Part shown: piece after piece, positions 51,949 through 64,000 of the stretch | How the letters are laid out: each line of letters starts with the position of its first letter | Position numbering within the stretch: the stretch's first letter is position 1 | NCBI GenBank assembly: GCA_965285935.1 | Contig: OZ260667.1 | Span: 27,590,001-27,654,000 of the forward strand | DNA length: 64,000 bases | Direction of reading: 5' to 3' | Source of the DNA: Ophelia neglecta | Taxonomy: Eukaryota | Notes under the pieces: generated by a model | What the model was told of the DNA's origin: nothing | The model's input: the letters and a program-made list of their open reading frames with translations, nothing else | Database searches by the model: none | Made by a program: the position numbers and the translations under genes

Positions 51949-54900
51949 CTAGGGGTAAAGAGGGCTCCGGGTTAACAGGAGGGGCCCTGCGCAATGGTAG
52001 CACACAAAAGGGACTTGGTTCACACGACCTTTCACTTGAGGTGTTTAAGCAGAACTCAAATTGCTTGATAATATTAATGAATAGACGTAGCCATAAGCTG
52101 TGACAGGTTATCTTACAGGATGTACCAAGCTTTTACTTGTCTTACCGCTTTCTATTTGTGTTCTTTAAAAACCAACTGGCCGATTACGCAATTGATTATG
52201 AGCTCTAAATTCACAACCGATGCATCTGCTCTTGGAATAAATCAGGTCACGATTCGAAACGAGTAACTTCATATCACATAGCCCATCATCATAAAGAAAA
52301 TATTCATATATAACCAAATTAGGTGGACGTAATCAGTGATGTTGTGCTCTGAAGAAAGATGTCACTGAATAAAACATTATGGCAACACAGCTGCAGCATG
52401 TGAAAGCGGAATCAGGTGAGAAGTTGAACAGGGTTGAACCCGTGTATTCAAATCACACAGGGCCCCTGGTAAACGGATTTACTGCTGATGATTGTGTATG
52501 AGTTCAGTGTCTCCACGAGATGTCCTTTGTCATACCAATGGCAGCATTGGTTCTCCGGCTACAGTTCCCCTATTCCGTTCGTGCAATGTGTCGGACAAAT
52601 TTTCCTGGTGTAGAAAACAGGCTTTAGGAGTTACTTGATGAAAATTAATCCCATGGGTAGTTGACTGCTACGTGAGTATAATTCCTTAATCCAGGCAGCA
52701 GTCCCGAATTTAACAAAGCCTTCTTTGTCAGGCAAACTTCCTCGCAGTGGAGATAAAGTCAGATACCATGCGGTGTTAGGTGTGTGCAATGCGCAGGGCC
52801 CCGGCGTCTTAGATCTGCCCGGCAGATGCAGCAATAGGATAGCACAGGAGTGAGGAGAGCACCGATAATGACAGTCCAATGTGTCACAGTTCTCTCTTCC
52901 TCTTGATTCGGCACAAGTTCCTACAACTGCGTAAATAGCCTATCTCAACAGCAGACGGAAAATTATAATGGGCGAATACGCGCAGCCTCGTTCTGGCACA
53001 GCGGGAAATCTAGTCGAACGCGTTCTGATCCTCTTGACCCTTACTGTAACATCTTTAACAGCGTTGACTAATACAATTATAATAATTGATAGGTGGCCGT
53101 GGTGCTAGACGGACGATGCTCCTAGAGAGGTTCACTGTTCGGGCCCGTCTGTGCCAGAATTGAGCATTGCTAAACAAATAAAGGTGACCCAGCTCTAGTC
53201 AGGCTTGAATGTTACCACTTCAAATAGCTTATCTCCAGCGGCCATGCATTGCCTCGATCGTTCCCCTAAAATACACCCCTAAAATATCGACAAAGTCCGT
53301 GATTTGGCAAATCGCAGACAAGCTCTGCAGCATTTCATGTTGCTTTCATAAGGCTGACCTGTCCCATTAGCCAATGGATCGCGTCACCAACCAGGGGACA
53401 CGGCCGCGGTATAAGATGGAAGGACTACTACCAATCGAGGTACCGCCATGATAGATGTGTGCCAATTCTTCACTTAATGACATTCACCTAATGCATGTCA
53501 TCAAGGAATTGATGTAATCAAACGTTCTCCACCTACTCTCGAATTTAGAACTTGGCAACATTTACAAGAGGTCAGATACTGTGAAATCAGAATGAACTAG
53601 CAATGCAAGTCTTAACTAACATTTAGTTTCTCTATATATGATGCATGCCAATAACGAGTATACAAAAATAGCATGTATTACGTGCTATTACTCATAAAGG
53701 GTTAAAATGAACTAAATTGGAGTACCCTGGCATCAGAATGGGTTGGTTTTAATGCTTAAGGTCGTGCGTTTTCCTTTAGGTATAGAAAAAACGCACTGTC
53801 ACCAAACCGAGCAATCGGGAAAGAACTTAGATCACAGATTAGAGACGCATGCCCCTCATCAGACAGTAGAGATAAGCGATATGCCTGTCGGACCGGTTTA
53901 CACATACGGACAGTTAAAACGCTGGCAGATCGTAAAACCTGCAGTAACGGTAGTAAATTGTTTCAACATAAAGGTGAACGGGTTTGGCCATGGGTATGGT
54001 GGCCACCAAAATTTCGGCCACTTATTGTAGCGACGTTAAGCAGTCTTTTTTTATTATAGCATTTTATGTAGCTAAAGTAAGTGAATGTTGAGAAAGGCCC
54101 ATTTAAAGTTGTTTTACAACAATTTTACTCGTGAGTCTCACTTACTCAAATATACAAGAAAACAAATTCCGCTGTGATGTTTTGCCTGGTCATTCTAGCA
54201 AGAACGCTTGGTCATGCTAACAAGAATTCCCCAGATCTAAACAAGATAACAAGAGGATAACGAGGGGGTCAATGAATGAGCCAATAAGAATGCCACGGGA
54301 CTTACCGGAGGGAATTAACAAAAGTGTCGCGAATTCTGACAGGAAGTGGTCTCGTGAACAGAATTCTCCTACCTTTGACAGTTTTCTACTAGAGAATTCC
54401 CAAGCCCGCAAATGTTTAATGATCAAATATTTGAAAGTTATTTGCATATCAAAGGCAGTTGACAGTGACACGAGGCTGAGCCCTTATCTCATGCTGCTAG
54501 CTTGTCCTTCGAAAAGAGGATGAAGAGCAGTGTTTGCGCATGCCAATGTCTGTGCATACACTAAATGATAACGACTATTTATCATATATCGAGATTTATA
54601 CAAACCAACAGATAAGATTCAGAGCCATATTTCAAAGTGGCGCACAATTCTGACCTAAAGCGATGAGCGGGTATTACAAAGCACACAAAACAGGAGCAGC
54701 CACAAGGGAATCTTATCAAATGAAATAACGAAAAGCTGCTGACCTCAACATATGCAACGAATTTTTTAAGGCTCTATTGTCACTTTGAAAATACAAAATA
54801 AAATATTTGGCATTCAGGATTGTCCATGCACAGCTTCAATTAAGAAAATTGCATTTAATAATGCTGGAAAAACGAAATAGGAGGATTTTGCATACAACAC

Positions 54901-55150
54901 TATACTGTCGTGAACACTTATTCATTTACTTCGTTCTATATAGGGCGCGGAAAACAAAGCCAAAGAATTTACCATATTCGTAGATTAGTTGGTTTTGTTA
55001 CGTCCGATGGCCAATAGTTCAAGTACAAGTTATAAGTATATTCAATTTTCTTTTTCATAAACATCCGTAGGCTGATAAAGGCGGACAATGCAGCAGAACA
55101 GGCAGACGACTGAAACTATGAGGTAAACAAAGATACTCTAAAACACATAC

Positions 55151-55177
55151 CTTGAGTTAATGGTGGAGGACGAGTGA
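55151..55177 (-). CDS. Ninjurin-like gene, candidate 27-nt micro-exon
   Basis: Very strong sites gatttctctctccacag| and AAG|gtatgt. Phase 2/2 reading HSSSTINS(R) joins the 51948 exon in frame. Confidence 0.5.
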
Positions 55178-57363
55178 CTGTGGAGAGAGAAATCGACATA
55201 ACATATAAATACTATTTGTACCCATGTACAAGAGAGGTACAAGACATGCAGACTTCGTCTCCTGCCTCTAGTTGTCAATGAACAGTACTCAGAATATTAT
55301 AAATTCAATAAGCAGACAGAGTTATCAAGGCAAAATGTCACTCCTATAAACAGTTTTACTCTTACATTATGGATTCAAATATAAAATTGGGCAACAGTTA
55401 TTTCAAAATGACTTATATTACGACCAGTTGAGCAACAGAACCTAATAATGGTGACATAGAAATATGCAATGCATAAAAATTTACTTCGTAACAATATTAT
55501 CTATCGACAGTTCCAATGGATTAAATAATTCTGATGTTTTGTGGCACACTTTTTAAGCGCATCACGGGAAGAACATAAACAGATTTTTCAACAAGTAAAG
55601 CATGAATATACAATAGTCTATAACGGAAACAGAGCTGCATGTTGACACGAGTTAGATAGCGTTTACATACAAATACATACAAGACAAGGCTTCCATTGCA
55701 TAAGCCAATGTATTGTTATAAAACATACTGTCTTTTAATTCTAGCATTTGTATTGGCTCTGGATTATTGCCTTGAATCACGAGGTTAATGCGCCGACAAA
55801 TTCATTCCACAAAAGATAGGCTTACTATAAGCAGCCATGCAATGAGCGTCACATATAGTGCCAGTTTTACACCAGAATTGAAACAACATGTCTTCAGATA
55901 TCATAGTGTTTAGTTCCTGTTAGCGAGAGGAACCTTATCGAAACCGTCTTTGTCGGGTTCCCTGCACAGTGGACATGATACTTGGAAATGTGATGTGATG
56001 AACAAGAGTCCAGACAGACTTAGCACAACATTTATTCCAGGAAGTCCGATCTACATCGAAAGATGTTAACTAATTCATCATAATTATGCAAATATTTACT
56101 TTAAACTAGGAACCCCAACACTGCTTCCTCAAAATAGACACAGCTAAGTGCAACACATAAAGAAAAAAAGGACAATGATGTTAAAAATGTGCACAAGAAT
56201 TTGTCATTACTTTAAACAACGACACACTGGAAACACAAGATAATGCAAAATGCCTTCCATCAGACAAAGCAAAATGAAAGCAAAGGATGGTGAACAAACA
56301 ATTCAGCAATAAACTAATGGGTCACAAACTACTTCGACGTACGTGTTGAAGGCAAATGGTTGATAGAACTGCCCTATTCACGTTTCCATTGTGACTCTAC
56401 ATTAGAGTACATTGTGCGTTTTCAGCATTGTTTTATGAAAGTCTATTGCATTTTAGCGTTTTAATATCAATGCTGCATTTTTATTAGGTCCGAGCAGGAA
56501 AGAAACATCAAAAACAAGTACAGGGTAAGAGCCATTTTGTGTCAACTTTCCGAAGGGAATTTGCGTATCACTTTATGCAAAAGACAACATTTTTCTTTCT
56601 TTTGAAAAAGCCATGTTCAGAAACATGTGAAAGTAGACTAACAGGCCTCATATTATTTTAATACATCAACTCCTATCCATTTGATCATAGATATGATGAG
56701 CATGTTCAAGGAAGCGCTAAAGGCGTTCAGAGTACCATCTTAAAGCAGACACCCAATCCGTACCACATTACACGCCAATTTGAATCCTCGAAGTGATGTG
56801 GACATGATCATTGCAGTATTACAAGGCAGGTTACCAAGCAGATAATTGCACTATCGAGCCTTGTTAAGGCCTGGTTATTCGCCCAGAGAATCTCAAGAAC
56901 GGGTATTGGCTCAGTCCAGCGGACACACTGTGATGTTGGGTGAGTAGCCTTCAGGAAACTATCAACACTGTTTTCGATTATGAATGGACTTCTCTTTTAG
57001 CTTGCCAAGATTCTCAATACGCCTGGCGAGACATTTGTTGACTTGCTGGCGGATAAGGCTTAACTGCTCCTCATGTCCTTTAAGTGAACTGTCTATTTCA
57101 GTTATTGGAAAATTAGACAAGAATCACTTATTATTAATAATCTAGATTTCAGATGTAGGTTACATTTACGTGCGCCACGTTTTATTTGATGGGGCTTAAT
57201 TGGTTATTTGATTAACACATTGTTTTCCGATAAGCTTTTCATGCCTTAACAACGTCAAATAAGTAAGACTGTAAACAGATAATTGTAATTACACTATAGT
57301 TTTATTAACACGAATTAGGACCAATTATTTATGGTTTGTTGAAATATATAGGAATAAGCATAC

Positions 57364-57398
57364 CTTTCCTTCCGAGAGAGGTTTGCATATATATGCTT
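57364..57398 (-). CDS. Ninjurin-like gene, candidate 35-nt micro-exon
   Basis: Acceptor ttccctcttatacattag| and donor AAG|gtatgc. Phase 0/2 reading KHIYANLSRKE(S) joins the 55177 exon in frame. Confidence 0.42.
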
Positions 57399-58770
57399 CT
57401 AATGTATAAGAGGGAACTTAATAGAGTGGTGGAAGAATAAATAGTTCTATAAGGGGTCAACAAATCCGCGGGGTATTGTAACCTAGTTAGGAAACCAAAG
57501 CATTTAAAGGTCAGGACAATTAAATTATGAAGAACTCATATTTTACGTAAGAGACAAAGAAAAACAAATATTTCTGAATGGGTTAATGATGTTCTCTGAA
57601 TTACAAAACTCGTACGTTGGTGAGTTTTCAGGGACGAATTCGAATCATAGCATTCTCCTGCAACTAAAAAGAAGAGAATCGTCAGATGACTTGCTTATTG
57701 CACAGCCATTACGTAAAGAACAGTGCAAATTGAAACGAACCAACAGAAGATGATATCTAATTACGGATACATAATATGCGATAACGGAGAGTAAAATTAG
57801 GTTAACAAGTGTATATCACCGTGGAAACTTTCTGTGAATGGTTAAAATATGTAAGGTGGTGTAATCGTGCATAAAATAGGTTGTGACCATGCACCCAAAC
57901 AACAATTGCTGGGTGGCTATTTCGATTTTGTTATAGAGTACTGGCTTTCATGCCGCATTATCCAGGACTTATCTATCAACATTAGCCAAGGGCCATATTA
58001 CTGTTGGGTAATATTGCCCGAGATATGTTTATAACGCGCTTCATCTTGGCCTAAAAGAGCCAATTCCGAAGCTTGCAAAAGCCGGCGTTTTCCAATTTTC
58101 GCCAAAAAATCAATAAAGTACAAGGAGAGCTGGTCTAATCAATTCAAATCTGATATTTTCTTTGTCCGCTGTTAATCGAGTGACAGTCGACTTGGTTGGA
58201 GTTAGCACAGATTGAATTCCGTGTGCATGGCGGTCGAAGGTGGACACGACCCTGTGACCGTGTTGATATTCAGAGGAGCAAGCTGTGCCTGCCACGACTC
58301 TGTAGGCAATCACTACTGATCTGGTCAGCGTCATTTCTCAGCGGCCCACAATGGCGTACAGCTTGGCCGACATTATTTCCTATGGCTAGTCTACTATCGT
58401 TCATATTAAAGGCATCATGCTTTTGTGCCATAAATCATACGCCTGCCCTGTTCACATTAAGTCTCTCAGCAGTGGGCTGGTTGCAGATGCACCATCTGCC
58501 TCACAAAGAGCACTTTCCATTGCTGCCAATTCCTAATTCCTACCAATATTCATTCCTCAATATTACTTTGTCCTCGAGTTGTTCTAGTAATAAGTTTGTC
58601 GTCTTGTCAACGAATAGAGAGATCATTGTTGAAGCGAGGACTGGTTTATGTGAGTGTTAATCTGGGTCTAATGATCGACAGGTTAGTAAGTCCTTAAAGA
58701 CTGCAAGATAGATGTGCTCATTATAATTATAGTTCCGTTCAACACGAAAAACCTCGTAAAGCGTGCTTAC

Positions 58771-58794
58771 GTTATAGTTATTACACGAAGTGGT
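58771..58794 (-). CDS. Ninjurin-like gene, candidate 24-nt micro-exon
   Basis: Acceptor ctttattttcggtcatgcag| and donor AAC|gtaagc. Phase 0/0 reading TTSCNNYN. Confidence 0.3.
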
Positions 58795-59129
58795 CTGCAT
58801 GACCGAAAATAAAGGACGGCACTGAGGTGTTCCTTACTGTTAAAAATGCGTATGCTAGATGTAATAGGCTTCATTGATCTTTAAACGAGCCAATCTGCAT
58901 CTCTATACAGTAATGCAGGGTAAGGACAATGGATTGCGTCAGAGGTAGATTTTGCTACAACCTAATCCAACAATGCCATTGTTCAAACGGTCATTTATCT
59001 ACAAGTTTGGATGGAATAGCATGCCGGATCCGTGGGTCGTTTTCGGCAGTGATCAAAGGGCATATGGCCTCGGCATGTCCGTGAACGAAGACCCTAGACA
59101 GTGTTCTATTGTCTTGAAAATCACCGGTA

Positions 59130-59400
59130 GGCATGCCAAGACTCCCTCCACAATACATTGACCTAATCAAACTAGAGAAATGGAATGGATTGTTTGTCCC
59201 GATGGCCTGTAACTTTAATTTAGCTGGTTACCAAGGACAACCACGCACCAGACGGGTCAAGAGCTCCATCGTCTCATTGGGATCAGTGGTGTATTCCGGG
59301 ACAAGCCAGGAGATGACTACAAGAGGCGGGGAAGATGGAAGGAACGTCATCTGCACAAAGACCCACATTTTGTAATAACACGAGCCAAGCCAAAGTCGAA
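59130..59400 (+). mobile_element. Decayed RTE-clade LINE 3' fragment
   Basis: RLPPQYIDLIK (cf. GVPEKYIRLIK), GQPRTRRVKS (cf. GRPRTRWxDS), EDGRNVI (cf. EEWRxxV), followed by a short gccaagccaa tail. Confidence 0.5.
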
Positions 59401-59559
59401 ATAAGAAAAACGTAAAAGAGACGTCCGTGTGCTTTTTTTCATCATCATGTTTCTAGAGACAAGGCCTTTGGCTTTAAAGTTGGAGACATGGACAGGACAA
59501 AGAAACTAGCTACAGCCCACCGTGTTGGCATATCCATGGCGTTATCCGACTTGATTGCA

Positions 59560-59595
59560 CTATTGAAAATCGATACGGGTGCCGAGGCGGACGAC
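59560..59595 (+). mobile_element. Possible Gypsy-type aspartic protease remnant
   Basis: LLKIDTGAEAD motif only; the flanks are not recognisable. Confidence 0.25.
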
Positions 59596-60559
59596 ACACT
59601 AACACCATGTTAGGTGGTGGCACCAGCAATTCGGGGTAAATTCAGAGAGGTTTCGAGCAGCCTGGCTCCAAGCGTATAGCAAGCTTGGACAAGATGATCT
59701 CTACATTAAGTCTTTGAATGCGAAATGCCCTGCGCATTTTGTCAACACCGTATACGGTGGCAGTTCTATTAGAGCGTTATGTTGATTAATGCCCTCATTT
59801 ATTTTCATGCCCGGCAAAGGTTTGCTTTGTGGAACGTTTGGGAGTCAGCAGGAATCATCAATAAACTCAGGCTAATCCATTAACTCTGCGAAAGTAGGAC
59901 CATGGTTACATAAACGCCTTTAATGCCATTTTTGATTTTGGGTATTATGTACAGATATATGTCTTAGCAAAACAAAAGTGTGCACCATTTAAAGAATAAC
60001 CTACAAACGTGCATATTACTCAAAATGCAAGTAAAATTGATTTCGTGGAACACAGTTCAATACACAATTAATACAAAGAGAACTCGCATATTAAAATACA
60101 ACACATGTGATATACGCCAGGACAGAACCTCTTGGACAAAATTTGGAAACTAGAAACTAGAAGTGATCTGTCCTATGCGCCAAAATTAGTGGGTGGAACT
60201 ATATGAATGTAGTCAAGAAGAGACAACTTAAAAATCATATCTAGAACAACAATATCTAGATCAACAGAGATGTTAGTCCTTGTCATATTCACCCTTCAAG
60301 CAATGTAAGTGCGAAACTTTTAGAAAAGAAAAAAATCCCGACATGAACAAAAGCCATGTTGTAATTATCTTGACTAACATTACCCCAAAAAGTGAACACC
60401 ATATGAGCTGGTCGTGGGCGTTTAAGTGTTTACAGTTAACATTATACCTGTTCAGTACTGTGCCTTAACAAAGGTCATTTTCTTCTGAAATGACACATTA
60501 TGGAGGGAGTGATGCAGAGAAGTCTAGGTTCCAATGGAACCCGCTGGCAATTTCCGGTT

Positions 60560-60975
60560 GAGAAGCCAGCTGCATAGAAGAGAATGTCTCGCCTACCATT
60601 TTATCGCCTCATGTCTTCCGCCATCATAGTGCTGGGTAGGAGTTCCATATTGGTACCCCATTATAAGAAGACTTGTCTAATTTGATTGTCAATGACATTA
60701 GTAAGGCGCAGTTGGCAGCATCCACTGATGTAAGCTGCATGCAGTAAGAATCGCATTGCTAAGCTATGCATAGTGGAGTATAGCTGCTTCTGGAAGGCTG
60801 TCCGTGGGCTACAACGAGGCAGCACTGACTGGAAGCAATGCGTCTTCATCCACAGTAGTATAAAATGGACGCGTCTGTTCCTAAAACTGGAATGCAGTAC
60901 AGAAATGGTAACAGAGCTACCATTGAAGAAGTGCCCAATGAGCATTATCTGATACCCCAAATGTTCTAGCACCAT
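60560..60975 (-). mobile_element. Possible highly decayed L2 RT remnant
   Basis: PVLG...ILYYCG*RRIASSQ...QLY resembles GSVLGP-LFILYT-IASSHG-YADDTQLY. Confidence 0.3.
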
Positions 60976-63900
60976 TCGTTGTTATAAAGACGAAGAAGTT
61001 TAAACGTGTTATTCAAATACGACCCAGTTACTAAAATATAATATCGAATATGATTGCAATGGAAGGAAAACTAAGGTATTTAATGTCAACAGTTCACAAG
61101 GTAACGCACGAATGCTACTAACAAAATGTCACGAGGAGCACTTAATTTACCATAACAGTATTTAAACTCTGCCAAAAACGTTCTTTATAAATAAAATGAA
61201 TTTTGCCTTCCAGCCAAAGATTACATGAGTGATGTTACCAGTACAACTACTGGTAATTCTCCACCATTAATTCAAATAAAGGGATTGTTATCGACAGTTT
61301 TAAAAGTGTGATATTAATCAGTTTCTGTTCGATTTTGTAAATGAGCATGATTTTACTCGGGGTAGCGAATCGTGGACACATATATCACGCATATCAGGAG
61401 CAGTTTTACTTCAATGTTACGGTGTCTCAATTTGTGGCGCTAACTGCATTTATACTTAATTATGACGTAACTTTCCATCTTACGAGTCTCCAACAAAAAG
61501 AATTCCCGTCACATATTTCGTTATGTTAGCTTATGCATGCTGCTGCAGTGCTCAAGGTTTTGCCCTGATAAACCACAGGAAAATCCCAAAGGTGTTCCAC
61601 TAGGTTTACATATTATGATATCCATATCATCCATACCCCACATGCCCAAATGAACAAATTTGTATTTGTTAACTTTATCAACTTCAGCAGAGTATCGCTG
61701 TGCACCATGTTAATTAGGTCAAGTCAGTAATACAGCATAATTAATAGTCCCGGGAACTTCGACGGGATTGAAATAAAGGGCGGTCGATACTACAACAATG
61801 TATCAGTATTATGGTATTTCTGAGATCAACTGTCGGCATGATGGGCCCGCTAGTCACAGGAATTGAATAGAATACTACTCGGAGTAATTAAATGTGAACT
61901 GCTTGAATGAATAAATAAATCCCTGGTGTACTATTTGTGCTGCGGAATGAGAATAAAAACACTGTATGAAAAGGTGATTGTGTTACCAGATCAATATTGG
62001 ATTGAAATGCTTTTATGACATTGGCATTAACCAGGAAAGACACACGGGAATTTCGGGAAGATGCGCCTCATAACATTGGTGAAGTATTTGGCTGCCAAGA
62101 ATGTCGTTGCGTGAAGCTAGAAAATTGCTCCAAATGTCTACAACAGAAACGACAGAGCACGCGTATCTGTACATCTCGAAAAGTTAGTCTGAGCTTGCTT
62201 AGAAATACAGTGGAAAACACTGGCGTGTGTAGGAATTATTAAGGAAGTCTCTTGGAGGGTGGTAGTGTGGGATGGAAGTCGTCATATGGCTGGGAGTGGT
62301 GGGTCTGGAATCCCCTGTCCCCCCCCCCTCGCCCCCACCCCGGCCGATTTTTGAAAAGGGATGCTCATCCTTCATACTTGCTCTGCCCTTTGAAACAACT
62401 TGCAGAAAGAAGGGGGAGATCCAGACCCAGTCCCTCATACTACCAAGGCCTCCGGTAGTCCATAGGATCCTTCTTACACCCGTGTCTCTTTTCCTGCCTC
62501 CGCCAGAAGACACAGGAAGGCGTACTCGTCCATCAATGGTCCTCCATTCTCCGTGACTCTCCAAAGTGGTTATCACTCTCTATAATATTGGCTAGCTCAA
62601 GCAACCCGTTTCTCTGACTCATCATCGTCTGTTTGCCTGTCATTATAGTACTAAGCCTACAGGGAGTTGCCATGGCACCTCGCCATCGCTTCAAGGCGAG
62701 GACGGAGTGACAAGGGGGAGGGCAGTAATAAGCAGTAATAGCCAAAGGGACACTGTGGGTCAGGAGATATAGTTGTCTTTCAGGCAATTGAAGCCACTCT
62801 GCCTTTTGTATACACGCAGAGACAAGAAGACTGTAAGCACGACATTTTAGCTTTAGTCTGCATTGAAATCAAATGAAAGGCAAGGGCGTGCTTTTAAGAA
62901 TAATATCAGGTCTGACCTTTGACTTCAAGGTATAAGAGACAGGTATGAAAGTATCAAGTGTAAACACAATGATACTTTTCATAGTGCATAAAGGCAACTG
63001 GAAACAAAGATAGATATATTTTTTGTTTACAGTCATCATTTTAATGTGAAATTAATTCAGATAGTACGCTTGTTGCGGTCGACTTTCGTAAAATCTCGAC
63101 TTAAACTAGATGACGACAATCACCTTTACTCACTGTTGTTTACTGCTTGCTGTTGCATTATAATGTAATTCAGTATCAGATGAAAATATATTATACACTG
63201 TGACCATTTAACGGTAACATGGCCATCAAACGTCAAATTAAATTGGAAAAACATGTTTTCAAGCGATAGCTATTAATATTGCTTTCAAAACCTCGAAATC
63301 AAATTAGAATTGGAGACTTGGAATAACACAAGAAAAAAAAGGAACGTTAGTGTTGCCATCACGGATCCAAACATGATAAGGTTGGAGGAGGTAATGAACG
63401 AGGATCAACTTCGCAGGCGTATCCAGGCGAGTATTTTTGTCAGGCTATATGGTCCCTGAAGACATGTGCCCATTGAAACCCAATTCGTCTTTGTTTGATA
63501 ATGCCACAAATGAAAGATTCTCCTCGCTGGTATCGAGAGAGTGTCTCACTTCAACTGGAACAATTGCTTCTGGGGCAAAAATAAATCGATAAAACCTGCA
63601 AGAGTCGTAAGCCTTGTTGTGTTAGTGAAGAATTAAGAACGTTACGAAGCAAGGGTGAGAGCCTTTATCACGCAATGTCTTGTTATTGAGTCGAAACCAT
63701 TCACACACAATCCTATCTTACCCTGCTGAATTACGAATTAGTGGAATCTTTGCAGTGATCTCACTAATGAATAACTGTGAAAATGGACATCCTTTGTAAG
63801 GAGTTAAGTTGGCTCAATGAATGGCTATAATGAATAGCCATTTCTAAGGGGCTTAGTGTTCCTTCTTCATGAGTCTGATCAAAGATGCATTTGTTAGGCC

Positions 63901-64000
63901 ATGGAAAGCAGGCATTGCCTGGAGAGGGAATAACCAGCAGTACATAAACAACCAGGCTCTGCAGATGAACTGCTCTGATATCATAGTGTAGGATAAAATA

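Noticed and set aside
12248-53862. Several CTGATGA/CTGAAGA heptamers checked as hammerhead ribozyme cores
   Set aside because: None of those I checked is followed by a stem II plus GAAA arrangement.
56962-57092. Possible terminal exon SSLKGHEEQLSLIRQQVNKCLARRIENLGKLKEKSIHNRKQC* (minus strand)
   Set aside because: Looks helical, but the acceptor has a poor pyrimidine tract, and in the preferred phase of the 57364 donor it reads RQFT*. Unsupported without transcripts.

Overview
AT-rich, repeat-rich metazoan (probably marine invertebrate) genomic DNA with spliceosomal introns. It is not prokaryotic, and most six-frame ORFs are noise. Two protein-coding genes are supported, both on the minus strand. 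(1) An N-terminal coding exon (763-977) of a DEG/ENaC/ASIC-family channel runs off the left edge; it has a CCCCC string and an atypical acidic pre-HG loop (EHARDLDLHG). (2) A multi-exon Ninjurin-family gene has its main exon at 40683-41594 and candidate upstream exons out to about 58.8 kb or beyond. The Ninjurin is unusual: the ~11-aa loop between the two C-terminal hydrophobic helices is replaced by ~180 aa (Cys cluster, acidic linker, long coiled-coil hairpin), and the positions equivalent to the NINJ1 K45/D53 pair are changed. Its N-terminus appears to be built from micro-exons, and one 105-nt cassette exon would stop translation and then offer an in-frame ATG. The rest is intergenic/intronic DNA with decayed L2/CR1 and RTE LINE fragments, a tRNA-derived SINE with an inverted head, an 85-bp P-type palindromic MITE with an 8-bp TSD, two minisatellites and an unclassified dispersed repeat. 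Exon models were read by eye and need RNA-seq confirmation.
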